NCBI GenBank assembly: GCA_964641035.1
Contig: CAZXJU010000002.1
Coordinates: 1-31,259 of the forward strand
Reading direction: 5' to 3'
DNA length: 31,259 nucleotides
From: an uncultured Halobacteriales archaeon
Lineage (GTDB): Archaea > Thermoplasmatota > E2 > JACPAO01
Below are positions 17,225 through 23,820 of the stretch, piece by piece. The stretch's first letter is position 1; each line of letters begins with the position of its first letter. A program made the position numbers and the translations under genes. The notes beneath the pieces were generated by a model. It saw nothing but the letters and a program-made list of their open reading frames with translations, was not told the DNA's origin and did no database searches.

Positions 17225-17463
17225 TCGCCGCGGTGTCGTCGCGGCCACCGAAACCGGGACACTTCAGAGGACTTGCGCATAGGGACAAGCGAAGCACCAA
17301 TCCGCGCAGCCGGTTCGCCTCGGGGCACTGCCGTATGTCCTACACCGGCGCGTCCCGGCCTGGCGGCGCCCCGATTGCGTAGGGCGTAGTCAGGCCGAAA
17401 GTCGGCGTGAGACCAAGCGCCGGGATCTCGAACGGGCGCGCGGTGGTTCGGCAGGGCGAAGGG

Positions 17464-18441
17464 CTACTCGGGCGCGCCTTCCCGACCATCTCGCTTGCCA
17501 TGGGGATGCATCGCGCGCCACAAGGCAGCGGGATGGCGGTCGATGCCATCGGCCACCGGGATGTCGCCGAACAGCAGGTCAGGTTCGTGGCGCCCCCGTT
17601 CGAGTTCCAGCCCATATTTGATCTCGTCGTCGCTCCTCTCCAGCATCGCCTCGACCCGGGGAAGGACGGCAGCCTGAAGGTCCCGGGCCGTAGGAACGCC
17701 TTGCGCTCGGAGCATGGGGTGCAGGTGGGTGGCCAGGTCGTCGTCCGTCACCGCCCGAGTGTGGTCCAGGTCGACGAGGTCGAGCGTGGCGTCGTCCATA
17801 TGGCAGTGAAAAAGGAACGCGGCGCGGAGCATACGATCGTCAGGATGGACGTGCCCGTCGAAAAGGCGCGCGGCGTCGAACAGGTCCCTCGGATGGCCCC
17901 GGGCCACGAGAGCCTTGAGCTTCCCGCCGTAGACCTCCTCGGCGCGGAGCGCCGGCACGTGGGCCGCGTCGAGCTCGAACACCTCCGGCAGGTCGTGTTC
18001 CAAGAATCCGTACAATGAAAGGCGCATCAGGTAATTGATGTCGGCCCGGATGCTGTCCCGGTGACCATGGACGTTCGTGTAGCGAAATCGCAGCTTCCGG
18101 TGCGCGTGCGAGCGCGGACGCGGATCCCACTCGTACCCAAGGCTGTGCGTGAGGGCGCCGAGCTCGGCTTCGACCTCGTCGCGCTCCGCGACCATGGTGT
18201 CCCTGTCGAGGCTGCCGACGTAGTTGAGGTCCATATCGACGCTGAGGCGCGGCAGGTCGTCGTAGAAGAAGTTGATGCAGGTGCCACCCTTCAGGACGAG
18301 GCGTTCCCGGAGCCAGGGGTGTTCACCAATCCCCCGGAGCACCCTCGCAAGTCGGTACGCGCGCTCGAACTCCACGACAACGAAGCCCTCGTCACGGGCA
18401 GTGCGCTGAAGCCAGTCGGCGTCGATGTGTTCGTCAGGCAG
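17464..18441 (-). CDS. AbiEii-family nucleotidyltransferase toxin (type IV TA)
   Basis: LVLKGGTCINFFY..LPRLSVDMDL, K..AL..R..PRDLFD. The frame is open 22 codons upstream of GTG 18375, to CTG 18441, which has a GGTGA SD and overlaps the antitoxin stop. Confidence 0.88.
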   Translation of the reverse strand: MPDEHIDADWLQRTARDEGFVVVEFERAYRLARVLRGIGEHPWLRERLVLKGGTCINFFYDDLPRLSVDMDLNYVGSLDRDTMVAERDEVEAELGALTHSLGYEWDPRPRSHAHRKLRFRYTNVHGHRDSIRADINYLMRLSLYGFLEHDLPEVFELDAAHVPALRAEEVYGGKLKALVARGHPRDLFDAARLFDGHVHPDDRMLRAAFLFHCHMDDATLDLVDLDHTRAVTDDDLATHLHPMLRAQGVPTARDLQAAVLPRVEAMLERSDDEIKYGLELERGRHEPDLLFGDIPVADGIDRHPAALWRAMHPHGKRDGREGAPE

Positions 18442-19213
18442 ATCCGCTCACCGCCGGCGCGTGCGCGGGCACGATGACCTGCCAGTCGGGCTCGCTCCGC
18501 CCTCCACGGTTGGGCTTGACGCCGAAGTACGTGGTCCCCGTACCGAGCTTGGCCCTGAGTTCGCGGCGGACCGCGTCCGGCAGCCGCCAGCTGTCCGCAT
18601 TCGCGGCCACGAGGTAGCCGACCTTGCGATACAGTACCGTCTTGCCATAGATGGCGAGCAGGTCGAGCAGCCTGCCCCAATCGACGTAGGGGAAACCGCT
18701 CACGCTGGCGAGCACCTCCGGCAGGCCGCCGGCGTACTCGAGACGGTCCGCACATTGAATCAAAGCCAGCTCGCGGCACGCCACGTGGAGCGTGCCGCCG
18801 CTGCGCTTGGTGGTCGAGCGGCCCGCGTCGAGCACTTCCATGTCAATGGCGACGGGGTGGAACGCTTGGCGGTTCCACGTGAACGGGGTGAAGCGTGTGG
18901 GGGCGGCGACGTACACGGAGTGGAAGAAGGCCGACTCAGCGACGCCGTTGAGTTCGAGCGCGGTGTGGTAGGAAAAAAGGTAGGGTTCTACGACCTTGCT
19001 GGCCACGACCAGCGGGTCGGGTGAATCCGATCCGGCGCGTTCGGGGACGAGCACGTAGAGGCCTCGCCGGACGCGCTCGACGTAGCCCCGGTCCAGGAGA
19101 TACTTGACCTGCTTCCACGTGGCCTCGCGGTCCTCCCCCGTCACGGCCACAGCCTCATCCATCGTAAAGCACGCGGGTGTCTGGAAGGCCTCCACGAGGC
19201 GAGGGCGAGGCAT
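18434..19213 (-). CDS. AbiEi-family antitoxin / transcriptional regulator
   Basis: N-terminal wHTH (YLLDRGYVERVRRGLY) and LFSYHTALELNG motif; directly upstream of the AbiEii gene; ATG 19213 preferred. Confidence 0.85.
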   Translation of the reverse strand: MPRPRLVEAFQTPACFTMDEAVAVTGEDREATWKQVKYLLDRGYVERVRRGLYVLVPERAGSDSPDPLVVASKVVEPYLFSYHTALELNGVAESAFFHSVYVAAPTRFTPFTWNRQAFHPVAIDMEVLDAGRSTTKRSGGTLHVACRELALIQCADRLEYAGGLPEVLASVSGFPYVDWGRLLDLLAIYGKTVLYRKVGYLVAANADSWRLPDAVRRELRAKLGTGTTYFGVKPNRGGRSEPDWQVIVPAHAPAVSGSA

Positions 19214-19230
19214 TGTCTTCAAGCACGAGT

Positions 19231-19333
19231 AACCTCCCATGCATTTAGAGGTTTCTCTATTCAATCGATAAGAAAACTAAGGTGAGATGTTACTATCTCT
19301 TCATCAGAGAAACCTCCAACGTTTTAGGAGGTT
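19231..19333. promoter_or_regulatory. Two AACCTC-N11-GAGGTT palindromes in the abiE promoter
   Basis: Located at 19231-19253 and 19311-19333, 80 bp apart, in an AT-rich stretch. GAGGTTTCTCT (19248-19258) is also the reverse complement of AGAGAAACCTC (19306-19316). Confidence 0.6.
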
Positions 19334-19360
19334 TTTCAATTCACCCGGTAGTTGTTCACA

Positions 19361-19505
19361 CGCCTGCGACCGCGACGCGTGCCGCGAAGACTACTGGCTG
19401 ATGCTCGGCCTCTGCCGCGAATGCCTCACAGAAGAGGAACTGGCCGAGGCACGCCACCGCGAGAAGCCCCCGCCCGAACTGGACATCAAGTGGGTCGAGG
19501 ACTGA
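19361..19505 (+). pseudogene. 145-bp direct repeat, copy 2: orphan 3' fragment of the zinc-finger gene
   Basis: Encodes ACDRDACREDYWLMLGLCRECLTEEELAEARHREKPPPELDIKWVED*, without the N-terminal part of the gene. Confidence 0.9.
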
Positions 19506-19598
19506 CTTCGCCGGGAGGCCGCCTCGAACCAAAATCACCAGAAACTTTATTCTATGGTGGTTGTAATACTCATAAAATCGAATCTGTGAGAAGTATAC

Positions 19599-20867
19599 AT
19601 GCCAAATCTTCGAGAGGCGCTGGTGGAACGCAACCCGTGGTGGAAAGGCGAATTCCAGGTCGCGTACCGACCACGACGAATCTACGACCGCCTCCAGAAA
19701 TTCCAGGACCACCGCCAGATCATCGCCCTCACCGGGCTACGCCGCGTCGGAAAGACCACCCTTCTCCTCAAACTCGTCCAAGACGCCCTCGACGGCGGCA
19801 CGGAACCCCAAGCGATCCTCTACTTCGCATTCGACGAATTCCCCGACGCCGACCTCCGTGAGGTACTACGCACGTACGCCGACCTGTTCGACCGCGACCT
19901 CCGAAACGACCACCACCTCATCCTCCTCGACGAAATCCAGAAAGTCGAAGGCTGGCAAGACCAACTGAAGGCGCTCTACGACACGTACGACCACCTGAAG
20001 TTCATCGTCTCCGGCTCCGAGTCCCTCTTCATCCGACAGGGAGCGCGCGCCACCCTGGCCGGCCGCCTTTTCGAATTCCAAGTCGACCCGCTTACGTTCG
20101 CCGAGTACCTCGAATTCCGAAACATCCCGCACCAGCCGCGCAAGCTGCACGAGGCGGAGATCCGGCGCGCCTTCGAGGCGTACGTACCCACCCAAGGATT
20201 CCCGGAACTCGCCGAGACGCGCGACAAGGACGTCATCCGCAAGTACGTCCGCGAAAGCATCGTCGAGAAGCTCGTCTACCGGGACCTTCCGACGCTCCTT
20301 TCCCTCCGGCAACCCGGCGTCCTCGAATCGATCCTCAACATCCTCCTGGACGACCCAGGCCAGATCCTATACGCATCCGACCTCGCCGGCGAGCTCGGTG
20401 TCTCCCGCCAGACCGTCGCCGCGTACCTCTCGTATTTGGAGCAAGCGTTCCTCATCCGGAAACTGTACAACTACTCCACCGGCCCACGCAAGGTCGAACG
20501 CAAGCTCCGCAAGTACTACGCCACCGTCGCCTCCGTCGACCTCCTCTTCCGAGAGGACCCCGCCTCGCGGGGCCGCGCCCTCGAATGGGTCATCGTCAAC
20601 CAATTGCGCGCCGAATACTTCTGGCGCGACGCGCAAAAGAACGAGGTCGACATCGTCGTCGCCGGCGACCCACCGCTCCCAATCGAGGTCAAGTCCGGAC
20701 GCGTCCGGACGCGCGGCATCGAAGCCTTCCTCCGCACGTTCGACGCGCCCCGCGGCGTCGTCGTCACACGGGACGCGGAAGCCCACCATCAGAAAGACGG
20801 ACGCACCATCGAAACGATCCCCGCGTACAAGTACCTCCTTCGCCCACCGACAGACGACGAACGCTGA
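19599..20867 (+). CDS. ATP-binding protein, AAA_14 + DUF4143 type (COG1373-like)
   Basis: GLRRVGKTT, ILLDEIQ, VSGSES, GFPE; C-terminal NEVDIV..PIEVKSG. Confidence 0.9.
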   Translation: MPNLREALVERNPWWKGEFQVAYRPRRIYDRLQKFQDHRQIIALTGLRRVGKTTLLLKLVQDALDGGTEPQAILYFAFDEFPDADLREVLRTYADLFDRDLRNDHHLILLDEIQKVEGWQDQLKALYDTYDHLKFIVSGSESLFIRQGARATLAGRLFEFQVDPLTFAEYLEFRNIPHQPRKLHEAEIRRAFEAYVPTQGFPELAETRDKDVIRKYVRESIVEKLVYRDLPTLLSLRQPGVLESILNILLDDPGQILYASDLAGELGVSRQTVAAYLSYLEQAFLIRKLYNYSTGPRKVERKLRKYYATVASVDLLFREDPASRGRALEWVIVNQLRAEYFWRDAQKNEVDIVVAGDPPLPIEVKSGRVRTRGIEAFLRTFDAPRGVVVTRDAEAHHQKDGRTIETIPAYKYLLRPPTDDER

Positions 20868-20930
20868 TCACGCCCACGGGTTCCACGGGAACCACGACGG
20901 CACGTACGCCGCCAAGAAGTCGAAGGCGCC
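20868..20930 (-). repeat. 63-bp perfect direct repeat: orphan last 21 codons of the membrane gene 22114..22320
   Basis: Identical to 22114..22176 (GAFDFLAAYVPSWFPWNPWA*); its stop abuts the ATPase stop (TGA|TCA). Confidence 0.95.
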
Positions 20931-21076
20931 GCCCTTCGACCTGACGGCAACGACGGCGGGGCGGCCTCTAGGGTCAAACCATGTCCGGGCCGAATCCCGT
21001 GCACCGCAGGTCGAATCCGGGTTCGACCCGCGCCTGGCGGGAACGTTCATATAGGAACAAACGCCATTGTTTGCTC

Positions 21077-21457
21077 ATGGGCAATGCGTCGGCCATCCCG
21101 GACCTCAACGACAGGTACGAGTTGAACGTCGCCGTCCAGCTTCTCAACGGACCCGACCTCGACCTGGAAATCCTCGAACAACTGGTCGGGCGGCCGCGCC
21201 GGTGGAGCGAACTCCGGGACGCGCTCGGGGTGGACGCCGACATGCAATTGAACCGCAGCTTGCGGCGACTCCTCGACTTCGCGGCCATCGACAAGGTCAC
21301 CGACCATGCGAAGAAACCAGCCGTAAGCACGTACCGGCTTACACCGATCGGCGTCCACGTGTTCTACACCTTAGCCGCGGTCCGCACACCGCTGCGCGAT
21401 TACACGGAAATCGCCCGCGCCCTCAAGGAAACCGGCGGCGTCCGGACGACCGCCTGA
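21077..21457 (+). CDS. Winged-helix (HxlR/ArsR-like) regulator
   Basis: LEILEQLVGRPRRWSEL..ALG....LNRSLRRL...YRLTPIG; ATG 21077. Confidence 0.7.
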   Translation: MGNASAIPDLNDRYELNVAVQLLNGPDLDLEILEQLVGRPRRWSELRDALGVDADMQLNRSLRRLLDFAAIDKVTDHAKKPAVSTYRLTPIGVHVFYTLAAVRTPLRDYTEIARALKETGGVRTTA

Positions 21458-21471
21458 GGACGTTGGACGCG

Positions 21472-21954
21472 ATGCCACCAATCCCTGGGCTCCCGCCCGG
21501 CGCAATCGAACGGGTCCGGCCGCACCTCCAGAAAACAGTCGGGTTCATTCTTGCCGCCAGCGGCGATTGTCTGGACATCCAGGCACGCGAAGTCGATACC
21601 ATCAAGACGCGCCGGTTCCAGTCGGTGGGCCCGCACCAGTTGGAATCGCTGGAATTGCCGGAAAGTTGGATTCTTGCCGCCGTGATGTGCCCAGGCGACG
21701 ACACACGCGCCATCGCCCGGTTCACCGAGGGACTCGACGCGGGCGACCGCCAACGCATCCGGTTCTACTGGTACCCGGAGACACGCCCCGCCGACGCTCT
21801 GAAGCCGTGGCTCGCCGCAGGCCTTGGTCCAATCCAAGAAGACGACATCGACGGCTGGCAACGGTTTCACAAGCTCTTCGGCGCGCACCATTCCATCCAG
21901 GTGTTCATTGACCAAGCAGACCGTGGCCCCGCCACCGCGAAACGCGTGCGATGA
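21472..21954 (+). CDS. Hypothetical protein (160 aa), operonic with the wHTH gene
   Basis: ATG 14 nt after the wHTH stop; protein-like composition (MPPIPGLPPGAIERVRPHLQKTVGFILAASG...). No family recognised. Confidence 0.6.
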   Translation: MPPIPGLPPGAIERVRPHLQKTVGFILAASGDCLDIQAREVDTIKTRRFQSVGPHQLESLELPESWILAAVMCPGDDTRAIARFTEGLDAGDRQRIRFYWYPETRPADALKPWLAAGLGPIQEDDIDGWQRFHKLFGAHHSIQVFIDQADRGPATAKRVR

Positions 21955-21973
21955 GCGGAACTTCGGATCCTGG

Positions 21974-22019
21974 GGGAACTGGACGTGCCAAGATATCGAA
22001 CCCTGGCACTCCGGTTCCC
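21974..22019. terminator. Strong hairpin between convergent genes
   Basis: GGGAAC-TGGA-c-GTGCCA / 13-nt loop / TGGCAC-TCCG-GTTCCC: 16 bp with one bulge and one G-U pair. Confidence 0.45.
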
Positions 22020-22113
22020 ACACGTTCTGCGGGCGACGGTCAGGTAACGAAGCCCCGAAGGCACGGCGTGGCCGGGCCTCACTATCGCACCCGAAAGGAC
22101 CCGGGGCCCCGAT

Positions 22114-22320
22114 TCACGCCCACGGGTTCCACGGGAACCACGACGGCACGTACGCCGCCAAGAAGTCGAAGGCGCCCAACTGCCACGCCACGAAGACCAC
22201 GAACGCGACCGCGCCCGCCACGATCGCGAACTTGATCAGGCTCTTGATGATGAAGAAGACCACGACGATCGCGATGATCACGATGACCGTGAAGGGGACC
22301 GCCGTCTCGAGCGCAACCAT
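22114..22320 (-). CDS. Small membrane protein (68 aa); target gene of cassette B
   Basis: Two hydrophobic helices, a Trp/Pro-rich tail and a GGAG SD upstream; its last 63 bp are duplicated at 20868. Confidence 0.8.
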   Translation of the reverse strand: MVALETAVPFTVIVIIAIVVVFFIIKSLIKFAIVAGAVAFVVFVAWQLGAFDFLAAYVPSWFPWNPWA

Positions 22321-22362
22321 CCAACGCTCCTACGCCGACGTCCGCTTTATGCGTTCTGCTTT

Positions 22363-22518
22363 TCAACTGGTGACCGGCGGCGACTCCGGCCCGCCGCCCT
22401 TGGCGCACCGGTGACGCCCCGTCGCCTTGCAGTCCGCACAGATCTGGGCGCCGCAGACCGGACAGCCGACCAGCACGGCCATCGTGTGACATTCAACGCA
22501 CGGGCCCGGGACTTCCAT
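22363..22518 (-). CDS. Zinc-finger micro-protein (51 aa)
   Basis: MEVPGPCVECHTMAVLVGCPVCGAQICADCKATGRHRCAKGGGPESPPVTS: three CxxC plus HxC. TTTAAG box about 28 nt upstream. Absent from the ORF track. Confidence 0.75.
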   Translation of the reverse strand: MEVPGPCVECHTMAVLVGCPVCGAQICADCKATGRHRCAKGGGPESPPVTS

Positions 22519-22546
22519 ACCGGTACCGACATGGGCGCCCGACCCG

Positions 22547-22607
22547 CTTAAAGGTGCGGTCGGCGCACCCGGTCGGACTTCGAACGGATTACCAAACTAC
22601 TTAAATA
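22547..22607. promoter_or_regulatory. Divergent TATA promoters
   Basis: Minus strand CTTTAAG (22553-22547). Plus strand CAAAC-tac-TTAAATA (22593-22607), 24 nt before GTG 22632. Confidence 0.6.
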
Positions 22608-22631
22608 GCGCCAGCCGGGCTCGAACGCCTA

Positions 22632-23813
22632 GTGGCACAGAAACCGCTCCTCCTCCTCACCATCCTAGCCCTCCTTTTCGCCGGCTGCAGCGGCGGAGGC
22701 GGCGACGCCGGCCTGCCCCAAGACACCGGCACGCCCACCGACGGCGCCAGCCCCAGCCCCGGCGGCTCCGACGACGACGACACCGACCCCGACGACCCGA
22801 CGCCGGGCGTCGAATGCGCCTCCGACGACCCCAAGTTCCACACCCACGACTACTGGGGCCTGCGGACCGACTACGTCCTCTTCGAAGACACCCTCACCCT
22901 CGCCCAGGACGCCACCAAGGAGACCGAGACGACCGCCGACGGCACCATCATCGGCAAGAAGGTCTTCAACACGGAAACCGACGGCGACGACGACCAGGCC
23001 CTCGACAAGACCGACATCGTCTACCAAGGCACCAAGGAGATCGCCGTCATCCTCGACTGGGACGCCGCCACCGTCCCCGGCGTCGCCTTCGCCTTCAAGC
23101 ACGCCAGCACCCCCGAGTTCAGCCCGCTCATCCCGACGCAATCAGGCCAAGAGTTCACGATCAAGCTACAATCCCGGTGGGCCGACATGGCGCACCAGGA
23201 CAGCGTCAGCCGCTGGTCCTTCCAGGTCGTCGCCTACGACCAGCAACAATCCGCGTCTCCCTACCCCGTGCACGCCGCCCGAGGCGACGTAACCGTCTTC
23301 ATGGAGATCCGTAAGGGCGACGGCGCCTCCATCGACCCGCCCCACCCGCCGTTCTACTGCGGCACCGACGTCCTCTACGGCGGCGAGATCAACGCCACCG
23401 TCTCAAACGCCGCCATGGTGACCGTCTCGGCTGGCGACGTGCACAACCAGGTCGCCGCCGGCAGCGAACTCGAAGACTTCGCCCCGTCGGCACCGCACGT
23501 CGTGCCCACCGAGACGACGCTCCTGCGCGCATGGCTCCACTACAACTACACCGGCCCCGCCGCCGACCAACAACACACCCTCGGCCTCAAGTTCCACGGC
23601 GCCGACACCGTCGAATACCAGTTCCCCGACCCAGCCGACACCGACGCCGGCTACGCCTACTACGAGATCCCCGTCGACGGGATGATGACGGACTCCCCCT
23701 ACGCCTTCCAGACCGATTGGCGCTACGGCGTCTACCCGATCCTCAACGGACAGGCCCAACAAGGCGACTTCCAGGGCGACTTCCACATCGTCCTCCAGAC
23801 GCTGAAGGTGTGA
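22632..23813 (+). CDS. Secreted lipoprotein, unknown function
   Basis: FAGC lipobox, G/D/P/T-rich linker and beta-rich acidic body. Confidence 0.8.
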   Translation: MAQKPLLLLTILALLFAGCSGGGGDAGLPQDTGTPTDGASPSPGGSDDDDTDPDDPTPGVECASDDPKFHTHDYWGLRTDYVLFEDTLTLAQDATKETETTADGTIIGKKVFNTETDGDDDQALDKTDIVYQGTKEIAVILDWDAATVPGVAFAFKHASTPEFSPLIPTQSGQEFTIKLQSRWADMAHQDSVSRWSFQVVAYDQQQSASPYPVHAARGDVTVFMEIRKGDGASIDPPHPPFYCGTDVLYGGEINATVSNAAMVTVSAGDVHNQVAAGSELEDFAPSAPHVVPTETTLLRAWLHYNYTGPAADQQHTLGLKFHGADTVEYQFPDPADTDAGYAYYEIPVDGMMTDSPYAFQTDWRYGVYPILNGQAQQGDFQGDFHIVLQTLKV

Positions 23814-23820
23814 ACCGCAG

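Larger units (their letters stand above)
17225..19360. mobile_element. Integrase-less cassette A (AbiE TA pair) bounded by the 145-bp repeats
   Basis: Topology is intact gene, cargo, then displaced 3' gene fragment, as in att-flanked islands. No recombinase is encoded. Confidence 0.7.
20931..22113. mobile_element. Integrase-less cassette B (wHTH + unknown protein) bounded by the 63-bp repeats
   Basis: Same topology as cassette A, on the minus strand. Confidence 0.7.

Noticed and set aside
20995-21045. tRNA-like GGTTCGA/TCGAATCC motifs
   Set aside because: They form a nested hairpin (GTCGAA/TTCGAC), with no cloverleaf, D-arm or acceptor stem.
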